A stretch of DNA of 42,721 nt from a virus (IMGVR_UViG_3300037780_000073:1-42721), one strand, 5' to 3'. Positions 24,683 to 34,457 are shown, numbered from the stretch's first letter. A program made the numbers and translations. The notes: a model not told the origin generated them from the letters alone.

Positions 24683-25006
24683 ATGACTGATTCAGTGCCA
24701 AAACAAGAGCCCCCGTATGGCCTGCGAATGCCTCCTGACCTGAAGGCAAGGGTCAAAGCTTCTGCTGAGCAAAACAACCGCTCAATGAACGCTGAGATTG
24801 TCGCGACGCTGGAGGAGAGGTATCCCGCACCCCTGCCGGATGAAGAAATCTCCGAACTTGTTGAGCGGCTCTTGGCCTTGGTCCCGAGTGATGTCATCGA
24901 GAAGTTCATAGTCACGACGCTGGAGAAGAACGGGGTCACGGATCAAGACATCAGGGACGGCCTTATTCCCGGCGTCTCCCTAGCCCCAGCCCCCGACGAT
25001 GATTAA
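24683..25006 (+). CDS. Arc/Mnt-family repressor
   Basis: YGLRMPPDLKARVKASAEQNNRSMNAEIVATLE. Confidence 0.88.
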   Translation: MTDSVPKQEPPYGLRMPPDLKARVKASAEQNNRSMNAEIVATLEERYPAPLPDEEISELVERLLALVPSDVIEKFIVTTLEKNGVTDQDIRDGLIPGVSLAPAPDDD

Positions 25007-25152
25007 CCCGCCCCTTACCTCAGGATCTCTTTGGCAAGTGGCGGCGTTTGATCTGCGTTGGCGGCAGGCAGGACGGATGCTGCCTTTGCAGTTGTTCCAC
25101 GAGCTCACTCCTTCGTTGTTTCAACTGCAAACTGGCATGATTCGAATTTTTG

Positions 25153-25187
25153 ATCCCCCCACAAGGATTTGCGGGGGAGGTTTTTTC
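25153..25187 (+). terminator. Probable terminator
   Basis: CCCCCACAA-GGAT-TTGCGGGGG hairpin followed by a T-run. Confidence 0.5.
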
Positions 25188-25197
25188 GCTCGGCGCG

Positions 25198-25659
25198 TCA
25201 GCGGTTCCCGGCCATCGCGCCAAAGCTCTGTTTCAGTTGCTCCGAAACCCGCCGCCGCTCGACGGCGATGCCCGGATCATCGTCCGGTCGATCTTCAAAG
25301 GCAGGTGAAACCTTCATTGGCTCAGACCCGCGCGCGCGCTCTTGGATATAGGCCACGCTCATGGCCCTGATCTGGCTGGCTTCCCATGGCTCCAGTCTCA
25401 GATCTGCCCCCTGGGAGAATGCGCTGATCTCTGACCAGCTATGAGGGGAGGCCCCGCCCATAGCATCTTGGCTGAACCACCCCAAACCCTCGGGCCTCAT
25501 GTAGTCGATGAAGTATTCGACGCCAGAGGGTTCGGGCAAGCAGAGGTCCAGCCCTTCTTTGACCCACATTTCAAGTCGGGAGCTTTTCCACCCTTCAGGC
25601 TGGGCGGACAGAAAGCCCGCCTGCCTTGCGTAGAGCGTCAGGCGTTCGAGCCGTTTCCC
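25198..25659 (-). CDS. Tail assembly chaperone gpT portion (reached by -1 frameshift)
   Basis: Open -1 frame from the slippery GGGAAAC; SWSEISAF...LEPWE motif. Confidence 0.75.
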   Translation of the reverse strand, partial: GKRLERLTLYARQAGFLSAQPEGWKSSRLEMWVKEGLDLCLPEPSGVEYFIDYMRPEGLGWFSQDAMGGASPHSWSEISAFSQGADLRLEPWEASQIRAMSVAYIQERARGSEPMKVSPAFEDRPDDDPGIAVERRRVSEQLKQSFGAMAGNR

Positions 25660-26126
25660 AGGTAAGCCGAACGCTTGCTGGAGAAGGTCGCGACCTGTTC
25701 AACGAAAGACTCGCCTTCGACCTGCGGATCGAAGCGGTTCAGGTTCAGAAACCACTTTGCATCACGCTTGCCTGCGGCCTTCTCGCCGCGGCGGATGTTC
25801 TTGAACCCGACGATGCGGAAGTGCAGGCCTTCGACCATGCGATCGTGCAGTTGTTCAAGGGAAAGTTCCTCATCATCGCCAGACGCTTTTGCCTCCGAAC
25901 CGTCATCGCTTTCCGCAGCATGTGCGCGGGCTTTTTGCAGATCCCGCATGGCCGCACGAACGGAGGGGGCCTCGACACCCTGAACGATCACGATGCAGGG
26001 CTTGCCGTTGTCTTCGCACGGCTTGCCGGGGTTGTCATACAGGGGCTCACCCGTCGCCGGGTGCTTGATGTGGCATTCTGCGCCGTTCTCGGCGGTTTTC
26101 ACACTGTCAAATGCGGTGAAGTCCAT
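25638..26126 (-). CDS. Tail assembly chaperone (gpG-like)
   Basis: Follows the MTP; HPATGEPL motif; ends YLGN at the slippery site. Confidence 0.8.
   Translation of the reverse strand: MDFTAFDSVKTAENGAECHIKHPATGEPLYDNPGKPCEDNGKPCIVIVQGVEAPSVRAAMRDLQKARAHAAESDDGSEAKASGDDEELSLEQLHDRMVEGLHFRIVGFKNIRRGEKAAGKRDAKWFLNLNRFDPQVEGESFVEQVATFSSKRSAYLGNGSNA
25653..25659 (-). other. Programmed -1 frameshift heptamer G GGA AAC
   Basis: XXXYYYZ heptamer in the correct phase; -1 frame is continuous with 25198-25569. Confidence 0.8.
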
Positions 26127-26209
26127 GATGTTTCCTTTGGGTTCGGTGGTTCAGATGGGCCGGGGGATCGAACCACTTTCCGCCCGGCCCTACCGTTCGT
26201 CAGAACGGA

Positions 26210-26659
26210 TTAGGCGGCGGCCTTTTCCAGAATTTCTTCGGGATCGATTTCGATGGTCGTGGATGCGGTCACCACGTCATCGTTGCCGCCGATGTTGGGC
26301 TTGAACGACATGACTTTGCCGGCCAGGTAGAAAATCGTCCCATCCTGAAGGGTGATCGCGAAGTAGACCGACGATTGGCTTTCCCGCGCGGTCGTCATTG
26401 CCGTTTGGCCGGCGTCATCCGGATCCAGGGCCAGAGAAGGAGTCAGGGTGCCGTTGTTGTAGCTGCCCTTGCTCTTCTGGATACCGCGCGAGCTCAGCGG
26501 GCTGTGCGTGACCAGAGCCCATTCTTTGCCGAATTCACCGATGTTGGTGATCTCGCCGACGTTGGTGAAGGTCAGGGCGTCGAAGCCGGTTTCGTCATGG
26601 GTGGCGGGGGCGGACGCCGAAATGCCCAGCGTGACCCCAGAGGCGGTTTGGTGCGCCAT
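26210..26659 (-). CDS. Major tail protein
   Basis: VGEITNIGEFG...KSKGSYNNG...DAGQ; position after the tail terminator. Confidence 0.85.
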   Translation of the reverse strand: MAHQTASGVTLGISASAPATHDETGFDALTFTNVGEITNIGEFGKEWALVTHSPLSSRGIQKSKGSYNNGTLTPSLALDPDDAGQTAMTTARESQSSVYFAITLQDGTIFYLAGKVMSFKPNIGGNDDVVTASTTIEIDPEEILEKAAA

Positions 26660-26778
26660 TGCAGTTTCCTTTCAGTGGATGAAAAGCGCCAAGCAGGCGC
26701 GGGTTGATAGGCCGGGGCCTATTCCGGGTCGCGACACGGGGCGGGCCCGTCGCGTGAATTCGGTAATTTTGGGGCGAC

Positions 26779-27132
26779 CTACTCGCGGTAGGTGAGATTG
26801 AACGTCAGGGAGACGCGATGCGCAGCGTCTGCATCGTTGCTGTTGCCATCACGAATGACTGAAAGAGTGGCGCTAACCAAAGGGCCCCCTGCGTGGCCTT
26901 CCAATGCCGTGCGGACGTCGCGGCTTGCGCCTATTGCCTGTGCGTAGCTCGATCCCCAGCAGTCGATTTGGACCGCTCCCATGACCAAGCCCTTGCTCGC
27001 AAGGGTGTGGAACCGCTTGCCAGACATGCGAAAGAGGGTGACCCGCGGCATGGCTTCACCATCTGTGAAATAGCCCCATTTCACGGGGCAGCTCAGCGCG
27101 CCGTCCAGCAGCGTGAATAGGTATTCTTCCAT
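26779..27132 (-). CDS. Tail terminator/completion protein (DUF3168-like)
   Basis: VQIDCWG motif; synteny. Confidence 0.8.
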   Translation of the reverse strand: MEEYLFTLLDGALSCPVKWGYFTDGEAMPRVTLFRMSGKRFHTLASKGLVMGAVQIDCWGSSYAQAIGASRDVRTALEGHAGGPLVSATLSVIRDGNSNDADAAHRVSLTFNLTYRE

Positions 27133-27587
27133 CAGAGCCCCCGTTTAGCCCTTCGGGCCACTGTCGCCTTGATCTCCACGCGCAGCGTTTCCGCCAGCCC
27201 CTTGAGGATCTTGTCTTTGTGTGCGTCCCAGGAGGGGGTGAGCATCGGCGTCGGGGGGACGGCCCCGACATATTTTCCGCTCTCGTGGTATCGGGGTTCG
27301 GTGCCCCATTCGAGCAGGTGGGCATGTGGTGCCGAGCGGGTGGACCCGACATACATGGTAACTGCGTTCAGCCCGGTGTCGGCCGCCGGGTGCCCTTGCT
27401 TCAACCGGGCGGACACGCCAAAAGCACTATCGTCAGCGCCCGGCCAAAACCCATTTGCCATGTCCGCGATCGGTTGCAGCTCCTTTGCGAGCGCGCGGCG
27501 GACAACTGCCTTCGATGTTGCCTTTGGCAGGGCGGCAAGCGCATCGTCTATTTCCCTCAGCCCCTCAACTTCGAATTCGACCTTCAT
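27132..27587 (-). CDS. HK97 gp10-like tail component
   Basis: VEGLREI...AHLLEWGT...PMLTPSWD. Confidence 0.82.
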   Translation of the reverse strand: MKVEFEVEGLREIDDALAALPKATSKAVVRRALAKELQPIADMANGFWPGADDSAFGVSARLKQGHPAADTGLNAVTMYVGSTRSAPHAHLLEWGTEPRYHESGKYVGAVPPTPMLTPSWDAHKDKILKGLAETLRVEIKATVARRAKRGL

Positions 27588-27910
27588 GCGCTGCTCTCGC
27601 AGAGAAAATCGAGATACTGGCGCGGATTCTCCCGGTTTGGTTCAATCGCGCGGATGTTGTACGCTGTGCCGGTGCGCGTGTCGCGCATTTGCCAATCTCG
27701 CTTGACCCGCAGCGCGTCGTATGAACGTCGAACGGTTGCGACAATGACCTGCTTCCCAACCAATCGCCCGGCCTGGACCTCTTCTCCGCCACGCAGAAAA
27801 GTGAATGTAGCTCGCGTCACGAACTGCTCATCGGGCGTTTTGGTTTTCCCCCCAAATCCGTCGCCCGATTTCAACATCAGGTCAAAGGCCACACGCTCGA
27901 TCAGACGCAT
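27584..27910 (-). CDS. Head closure (stopper) protein
   Basis: DGFGG...YNIRAI; synteny. Confidence 0.78.
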   Translation of the reverse strand: MRLIERVAFDLMLKSGDGFGGKTKTPDEQFVTRATFTFLRGGEEVQAGRLVGKQVIVATVRRSYDALRVKRDWQMRDTRTGTAYNIRAIEPNRENPRQYLDFLCESSA

Positions 27911-28482
27911 CAGACACCAACCCAGCGATATGGGCGAATGAGCGCATCGACCCCAAGTGGCAGGGCCTCACCGGGCTGCGATGTGCGCGTCTCATACCAT
28001 GTTGCCGCCAGGGCCTTGATCGCAAGCTTGAGGCTGTCAGGCACGTCACTTGCCGCGCCAAACCCGCATGTGAACCGGATATTTAGCGGGGCAGGGTTGC
28101 CGGCCTCCAGCGCGGGCAAATCGAAGCCATCAGCGATGGAAATCAAGGTCCCGGTGGCGATGGGGAACACGGAGACGCTTGACGCGCTCACCGACTGCTC
28201 AATCCCGTCCACATCGGCATAGTTGATCGTCACCGCGGACACATCGGGGACAGGCAGGCGGATCGATCGGGCCCAAGAGGATCGCTGCACCTGCCATGTC
28301 TGTGTGACAAGGGCCCGCCCCAGGACGCCCCGAAAGCCGTCCAAATGTGCGACAGCCGCGCCCAGCAGGCCGGTCAGAAGCGCGTCATCGTCGGCAAAAT
28401 CGACGGTCGCATGTTCTTTAACCTCGTCCAGGGAGACGGGGGCTTCAGCCGGGGGCGTGATGAGGGTGGGGCGGAAGGTCAC
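27910..28482 (-). CDS. Head-tail connector (gp6-like)
   Basis: PVSLDEVKEH...RALVTQTW...VPDSLKLAI...WYETR. Confidence 0.85.
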   Translation of the reverse strand: MTFRPTLITPPAEAPVSLDEVKEHATVDFADDDALLTGLLGAAVAHLDGFRGVLGRALVTQTWQVQRSSWARSIRLPVPDVSAVTINYADVDGIEQSVSASSVSVFPIATGTLISIADGFDLPALEAGNPAPLNIRFTCGFGAASDVPDSLKLAIKALAATWYETRTSQPGEALPLGVDALIRPYRWVGV

Positions 28483-28661
28483 TTGCCGCGCGCCTTGTTC
28501 TTCTGAACAGCGCGGGCCTTGTTCAGGACTTCCGGGGCCTTTTTGCGCAGAACGCCGTTGGCAACGAGGTGGGCAACATCAGACGGCCTCGCCTCGCGGA
28601 TGTCATCTTCCTCATAGAACTTGTCGCCTTGGTGGCGGCGCATGACTTCATACTCTTCCAT
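28479..28661 (-). CDS. Small protein after the capsid gene
   Basis: AAGGAG RBS; common small post-MCP gene with a basic NKA tail. Confidence 0.7.
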   Translation of the reverse strand: MEEYEVMRRHQGDKFYEEDDIREARPSDVAHLVANGVLRKKAPEVLNKARAVQKNKARGK

Positions 28662-28723
28662 GACGGTCTCCTTTCGGCTCATAGAGAGGGCGAGTTTCCC
28701 CGCCCTCCTTGATCAGCCGACGC

Positions 28724-29935
28724 TTAGGCCACGTAGCCCAGATCGCCGTAGATGAATGCTTCGGGACGAAAGATCGCCAGCGCCAGACGTTCTTCGGCCA
28801 GGATGGTGACGAGGTTCTTGGTGAAGTCGTCGTTCTCATAGCCGGTTTCCACGGTCGCGTCCCAGCGGTCGAAGATCTGGGCGCCCATGTTGAACGCACC
28901 GGTCAGAAACTTGTCCACGGTGATCGCCTGGGTGGCCACCACTGGCAGGCCCCAGAGGGTCGGGGCGATGGTGCCCTGCGGCTTGCCGATGATGTAGTTG
29001 GCGTTACCGTCCTTGGTCAGTTCGATCCGCGCCCAATCGGTCGGGTGCATCACGTGGCCGGTGGCCGGGTATTCCGCCAGCGCGGCTTGCAGCATGGCGA
29101 GGCGCATCTTGTCGATTGCGGTCTCGGATGACGGCGTAAACGCCGCCGAATAGGCGGTGGCGTTGGTAATCAGACCGGACAGGTTCTGGCCGGTGCCGTC
29201 GCCGTTCAGAAGCTGGTTTTCCTCCGCCAGAGCCAGACCGAACAGCAGGCGCTGGTCAATCATGGACCGCAGGGCGGAAACATCGTCCAGAGCTTGGCGC
29301 GATGCCTTCATCCAGTGCGCGATCACCTTGGCAGTGGTGGTTTTTACGTCCAGCTTGATATCCGAGGACGGCTTGGCCGCGCCTTCGGCCACCGGGGCCG
29401 CGTTGTTGTTGAACCCGGTTTCCTGCACATACTCGATGGTGTTGCCATCCATGCGGCCCTGCGCCAGCAAATCACGGATGGTCAGCCGGCGCTGCGGCAG
29501 GCCCTGAATACCCGGCAGGCGGGTTGGGGCTGCACCGTCGCCGACGGCGCCATCGGTGTCGGTGGTCGCCAGGGTTAGGGTCGCCTTGGTTTCAAGCTTC
29601 GCCTTGCTGTGGCGGTCAAAGCCGCCGTCCTTGAAGGACTTGAAGCCTTCGCTCTCAACGAAGCGCTGGCCCAGCGACTTTTCGCCGTCACCCGCATCAC
29701 CGCCAGCGCCGCGCGCCAGCTTCTGCTCCAGTGCGTCCAGAGACGCTTTCAGGCCGTTCATCTCGGTCAGGGCTTCGTCAGCCTTTTCCTTGATGCCGGT
29801 CGCCAGTTCCTCGCCCTTGGCGGCTTTGCCAAGCGCGTCCTCTGCAATCGCTTTGACCGCATCGAACTTGCTGGCAAAATCCGCCTTCACTTCTGCAGCC
29901 ATCTGTTCCGCAGTTTTGGTATCATCCAAAGCCAT
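28724..29935 (-). CDS. Major capsid protein, HK97 fold
   Basis: Delta domain; EGAAKPSS, LLNGDGTG, DDFTKNLVTILAEERLAL. Confidence 0.95.
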   Translation of the reverse strand: MALDDTKTAEQMAAEVKADFASKFDAVKAIAEDALGKAAKGEELATGIKEKADEALTEMNGLKASLDALEQKLARGAGGDAGDGEKSLGQRFVESEGFKSFKDGGFDRHSKAKLETKATLTLATTDTDGAVGDGAAPTRLPGIQGLPQRRLTIRDLLAQGRMDGNTIEYVQETGFNNNAAPVAEGAAKPSSDIKLDVKTTTAKVIAHWMKASRQALDDVSALRSMIDQRLLFGLALAEENQLLNGDGTGQNLSGLITNATAYSAAFTPSSETAIDKMRLAMLQAALAEYPATGHVMHPTDWARIELTKDGNANYIIGKPQGTIAPTLWGLPVVATQAITVDKFLTGAFNMGAQIFDRWDATVETGYENDDFTKNLVTILAEERLALAIFRPEAFIYGDLGYVA

Positions 29936-29961
29936 TTTGGCCTCCTATTTCGGGATGGGGG

Positions 29962-30651
29962 TTAAGACAGCAGCTCTTTCAGGAACGCTTCCGTCTTTTG
30001 CGCCGCGATTGCCGGTTCCCCCGGCCCTTTCAGGTGGATGCGTGCGGCACGCTCCGCCTGCGAGTTCGAAAGCCCCAAGCTCCCCTTGAGCAGCGTTTCA
30101 AACTCCCGCTCAGTCAGCCGATCCCCGGCCTTGAGCTTTTCCGTTATTTCGTGTGCGGCCTTGGCCGCCTTCACGCTGGTGATCGTTGCGCTCTCATTGG
30201 CCCCGATGGAGACAATCGAGACCTCGAACAGATCCAGCTTTTCGAGATACCAGACGCCATCTTCATCATCGACCCGGAAGCCGCCTGGGGTGATCCGGTA
30301 GCCGATGGACAGACCGTCAATATCTCCCGCCTTGAGTAGAGCAGCCGCCTCGCGGCCGCGCTGGACGCCCATATTCAGGCGACCGCGCATCAGAAGGCCA
30401 GTATCGTCCTCCTCGGCCTCCAGCCACTTACCAATGGGCTGCGATGGGTCATGCTGCCAGAACAGCTTAGGCATGGTGCCTTTGGCCTTGTGCGCTGCCA
30501 GGCTGTCGGAAAACGCGCCCACTACCACAACGTCGCCGTAGCTATCCGGCTCACCGCCGAAGGTGCTGCCGTAGCCCTCAAATTCGCCGGTTTCCTCATC
30601 CAGCGCCTTGATCGAAAGGACCGGAGCCGCAGCCTTATGCATCATCGCCAT
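29962..30651 (-). CDS. HK97-family prohead protease
   Basis: FEGYGSTF, WQHD, GLSIGY, EVSIV. Confidence 0.92.
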   Translation of the reverse strand: MAMMHKAAAPVLSIKALDEETGEFEGYGSTFGGEPDSYGDVVVVGAFSDSLAAHKAKGTMPKLFWQHDPSQPIGKWLEAEEDDTGLLMRGRLNMGVQRGREAAALLKAGDIDGLSIGYRITPGGFRVDDEDGVWYLEKLDLFEVSIVSIGANESATITSVKAAKAAHEITEKLKAGDRLTEREFETLLKGSLGLSNSQAERAARIHLKGPGEPAIAAQKTEAFLKELLS

Positions 30652-31858
30652 TTCCATCCTCCAATTGATTTCCCGCCTCGGTGATCGGCACGTTCTGCAT
30701 CTGCATCCGTGGGACGTTGCCGCCCGCCACCGGGGGCTTATTCTCCAGCCCGCGCACCTCGTTGATCGTCAGCCAGCCGTTCTGAAGGCCAGACTGGTAG
30801 AAATCCGCCCGCGACTTACTGTCACCGCGCAGCAGACCCTCCAAATTGAATTCGATCATCAGCCCGCGCGCCCGTTCAGCAGGGGTCAGGAGCTGTTTCA
30901 TCAGGGCCTGCTCAATCCGCTTAATGCGGCGGCGAAGGGTGAACTTTTGGAACGCCAGCGTTTGCTGCTCCAGCCCGGTGCCCCAGCTCGTGCTTTTCTC
31001 GGTGTGCCCAACCATGTGCGGCGGGACACCAAAGAACCGGCAGATCTCCTCCACAGAAAACCGCCTGCTTTCCAGCATCTGCGCATCATCCGGGTTGATG
31101 GTGAACGGCACCCAATTCGTCCCGCCTTCCAGCACAATCGGTCGGCCGGAATTCTGCGCGCCGACCATATCGTCAACCAGGGTAGACTTTGCCCGAGCTC
31201 GCTGCTCATCCGTCAGCCAGGCCTCGAATTTCAGGGCTCCAGAGGGGCGCATCCCGTTCTTGAATGTTTCCCCTGCCGCCCGATCAACCGCCCGAGCCAG
31301 GCCAAAGGCGTTGCGGGCGAATTGCAGGGTAGACATCCCACCTAGCGGCGAGCCGCCAAAGCCGCGGATATGCAGAACCGCACCGTCAAGCTCACGGTGC
31401 GTCTTGCCTTCATCGGACCAGCGGTATTCAATTTCGCCGGTTGGCAGGCGCCGAACGCCCATCAGATCCGGCGCGACCGGCACCAGCCCGACGATCTTGC
31501 CATTATCGCGCAGGATATGCGCGTATGCGTTGCCCCAAAGCTCCAAGGACGCAGCCATGAACTCCCAGAAGTCCAGTGCCGTCTGATCATAGTTCGGGCT
31601 GTCATGCAGCAGCCGGTAAATGACGTGCGAGCGGTCAGCCGTGCGGGTTTCGCCACTCCGGCGGTAAACCATCAGCGGAAGTGACCCGATTGTGCCTGAA
31701 ATCAGGTTGGTGCAGGCCCAAACCGTCGAAATCCCTAGCGCGGTCTGCCCGGTTACAAGTTCCCCCGCCTCACTTGTGCGCTGGAAACCCGCGTGAGGCA
31801 CGTCCATCAGCCCAAAGCGGCGAACAATCATGGATTTTAAGCGATCTCGCAGACCCAT
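30635..31858 (-). CDS. HK97-family portal protein
   Basis: LWGNAY, EICRFFGVPP, TINEVR. Confidence 0.95.
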   Translation of the reverse strand: MGLRDRLKSMIVRRFGLMDVPHAGFQRTSEAGELVTGQTALGISTVWACTNLISGTIGSLPLMVYRRSGETRTADRSHVIYRLLHDSPNYDQTALDFWEFMAASLELWGNAYAHILRDNGKIVGLVPVAPDLMGVRRLPTGEIEYRWSDEGKTHRELDGAVLHIRGFGGSPLGGMSTLQFARNAFGLARAVDRAAGETFKNGMRPSGALKFEAWLTDEQRARAKSTLVDDMVGAQNSGRPIVLEGGTNWVPFTINPDDAQMLESRRFSVEEICRFFGVPPHMVGHTEKSTSWGTGLEQQTLAFQKFTLRRRIKRIEQALMKQLLTPAERARGLMIEFNLEGLLRGDSKSRADFYQSGLQNGWLTINEVRGLENKPPVAGGNVPRMQMQNVPITEAGNQLEDGNGDDA

Positions 31859-33628
31859 TTAGCCGCCCCCAAGTGAAGCAAAGTAATCGTCCATACCGGA
31901 CTTCGTTTTCATCGCCGCTGTGGCTGACCCGACAGCCATTGCCAGGGTGACAACGCCATCGATCCGGCCACGCGACCGCGATTTATCGAACATCCGGTTG
32001 CCGAAACCATCCTCCCGGATGATCGCGTTGCGCGCGCAGATGCTGGTGAGCTTGTTCCGGTCGATCCTGACCGTGCCGTTCAGCATGTGGTCTTCAAGCT
32101 GTGTGATCGACGTGGGCATGCACAGGAACTTGCCGTCGAAACTGACGTTCGTGCCCTGCTTGTGCCGCACTATCTTCAGCCCCGTGCCCGGCTTGTCGTC
32201 GCCTTCTTCGATCCAGTAAGCAAAGCCCGCCCTATCGAATGCCTCACAAAGCTTTTCCATGTGGGCGCTGTCGATTGCCATCTGCACCACAGAATGCCGC
32301 CCGCAGAACTCGATGATCTTGGCCGCAATGAACGTGTAGTCGATCACTCGCCCCGGCGTGATTTCGACAAGGCCCGCCGCTTCCAACTCACGATAAGGGA
32401 TCGCATCCGCAGTTGACCGATCCTCGATTTCAAATTCACGCGTCCAGTACCATGACTTGACCTCGATCTTTTCACCCTCCCAGGCTGCGGAGAGCGCGGT
32501 GAGGTCGTTCTTTTCCGAAAGGTCGAGCGCCAGATGCGCCCGGCGGCCGGTCATGGCCGCTTCGCTGACCTTTCCCTGCACTTCCCGCCAAGCCTGTTCA
32601 GACGTCCAGAAGCCGGCCGATCCGACCGGAATGCCGAAATAGAGCCGCTTGGTGGTCAACTGGGTGCTGATCTGCTGCTTGGCGGTCACCACCAACTTGC
32701 GCACATTGTCCACGGGATAGGTCAACCCCAGCGCGGGCAGGGCCTTGATCCAGCAGCTTTCGTCATTGAGCGGGTCGTCTTTCTCATCGACCCTGGCGAT
32801 GTAGGCAAAAACGCTATCGTCAACGAAATCGCCAGTCGCAACCTTCTGGCAGAACTCGCTGTAATCTGTCCCAACCTGCTGATCCGCGCTCGGCGTGTTT
32901 GTCCCCAACATCAGGATGCTGTCGCCATGCTTCTTCGTTACAGCAGCGCGCCACATCTCGATGGCCTTGTTGGTTTTCATCTCATGGATCTCGTCACCCG
33001 CCACTAGGATCGGCTTCGGGCCTGAGACGCTATCGTTGTTCGCGATGGGCCGCATAAACGAGCCACTTGCTGGATGTTCGACGTTGTATGCGAGGTCACC
33101 GGTGCCACGGATCACAAACGCCGCATCTTCCAGCGTCATGCCGCCCTTGCCCGGTATCGGCGCCCGAAGCATCGCCACAGCATCGCGGAACATCACCCGC
33201 GCCGTGTCCTTCGTTTCCCCGATGCAATAGACCTCGGCCCGCTTCCGTCCATAGAAGCCGCTGAGGTAGATCCCCACAGCCGCCATTAGCGGTGATTTCG
33301 CCTGCCCCTTGCCAGTTTCCAGCCAGACGAACCGGAACCGGATGAAGCCTTCCGCCGTCCGCCAGCCGAAGATCGAGCCAACCACGAACAGATGCCAGGG
33401 CAGCAGCGTGAACGGCTCCCCCTCCTTGGCCCCCTCTGTGATCGACAGCATTGCCGGGAAGAAGCGGATGGCCCGCTCGGCTTGCTCTACATCCCAGGTC
33501 AGGCCGCGATCCGGCCCTGTCTCCAGGTCGTCAAGGTGCCGCTGGCACTGTGCCCGCACGAATTGACCCGCGACGATCTTCCCTGAAACAACATCCCGCG
33601 CGTATTGCGTGGTCTGATCAGTGGGCAC
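31859..33628 (-). CDS. terL: Terminase large subunit
   Basis: Walker A GKGQAKS, Walker B DEIH, nuclease LDLS..DLTA, RIDGVV. Confidence 0.93.
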   Translation of the reverse strand: MPTDQTTQYARDVVSGKIVAGQFVRAQCQRHLDDLETGPDRGLTWDVEQAERAIRFFPAMLSITEGAKEGEPFTLLPWHLFVVGSIFGWRTAEGFIRFRFVWLETGKGQAKSPLMAAVGIYLSGFYGRKRAEVYCIGETKDTARVMFRDAVAMLRAPIPGKGGMTLEDAAFVIRGTGDLAYNVEHPASGSFMRPIANNDSVSGPKPILVAGDEIHEMKTNKAIEMWRAAVTKKHGDSILMLGTNTPSADQQVGTDYSEFCQKVATGDFVDDSVFAYIARVDEKDDPLNDESCWIKALPALGLTYPVDNVRKLVVTAKQQISTQLTTKRLYFGIPVGSAGFWTSEQAWREVQGKVSEAAMTGRRAHLALDLSEKNDLTALSAAWEGEKIEVKSWYWTREFEIEDRSTADAIPYRELEAAGLVEITPGRVIDYTFIAAKIIEFCGRHSVVQMAIDSAHMEKLCEAFDRAGFAYWIEEGDDKPGTGLKIVRHKQGTNVSFDGKFLCMPTSITQLEDHMLNGTVRIDRNKLTSICARNAIIREDGFGNRMFDKSRSRGRIDGVVTLAMAVGSATAAMKTKSGMDDYFASLGGG

Positions 33629-34439
33629 GAGCCTCTAGCCCTGCTGACTTGCCCATTGAGTATGATGAATCCACAAACCCAGAAGAAAGTGACCCAACCA
33701 GACACGGTTTCACTACCGTCAGCTTGCCGCTCTTTAGGCGGCGCACATGACCTCGACGCCAATGCAGCCGAGGCGAAGCGCCCGTAGGCCCAGACATGCC
33801 AGGCATTTTTATTTGCGATTTATCAATCTCAATCCAGTTGAACCCAAACTTGGGAGCCTTACCCTTTTTTGCGCGCCTTTTGTTGGTGAATTTAGGTTCA
33901 GCATAGCTTCTCTGTTTCACCCCAGAGCTATTCAGAACCCCTAAGCATCCGTACAAGACCAGCATCGTCAGCGACGAACAAACCTCAGAATCGTCAAGAT
34001 CAAAATGGCAGCCAAGAATGGGGTACTGATCCTGCGTAATAACCCCGTGTCGTTTATGGGACTCAAAGGTGGAGCCATATTTGAAAAACGTCGTGGCCCG
34101 TGGAGAGTTTTGCCCGTAGCTCATCCAATGATAAAGCCTAGCACAAATACCGCCTTCCACCTCCCAAGCGCTCAGAACCCAATAATATTCCTCTCCCTCG
34201 TCGGAAATTGGGCCGACTTGGAAAACAACTTCCGGAAATGGCAGGCGAAGCAAGCCGTGCTCAGAAAGCTGGTCGGAAAAGTTTACCCCCGAAGTGTGCA
34301 GGTCAAAATCTACAAACTCAGTCGAAAAGACGAATTTTTTTGAACGTGAAATCCTTTCCGCGAAAGCCCCCTCATCCGGTGTCCAGTTCGCCATCAAGGC
34401 GTGTGACACATCACCAATGATACAAGTCGTATTTACCAT
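33618..34439 (-). CDS. Hypothetical protein with SPRxHxRRGH motif, inserted between terS and terL
   Basis: 273-aa ORF, visibly AT-richer; NKRRAKKGK and SPRLHWRRGHVRR...VG. Confidence 0.8.
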   Translation of the reverse strand: MVNTTCIIGDVSHALMANWTPDEGAFAERISRSKKFVFSTEFVDFDLHTSGVNFSDQLSEHGLLRLPFPEVVFQVGPISDEGEEYYWVLSAWEVEGGICARLYHWMSYGQNSPRATTFFKYGSTFESHKRHGVITQDQYPILGCHFDLDDSEVCSSLTMLVLYGCLGVLNSSGVKQRSYAEPKFTNKRRAKKGKAPKFGFNWIEIDKSQIKMPGMSGPTGASPRLHWRRGHVRRLKSGKLTVVKPCLVGSLSSGFVDSSYSMGKSAGLEARAH

Positions 34440-34457
34440 CGAACAGACCTCACGCTC

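Noticed and set aside
25020-25100. 26-aa minus-strand ORF after an AAGGAG
   Set aside because: No recognisable features; cannot be supported from sequence alone
26210-33628. Gene transfer agent cluster
   Set aside because: Accompanied by repressor, integrase, attP and replication genes; lacks the RcGTA hub/megatron genes
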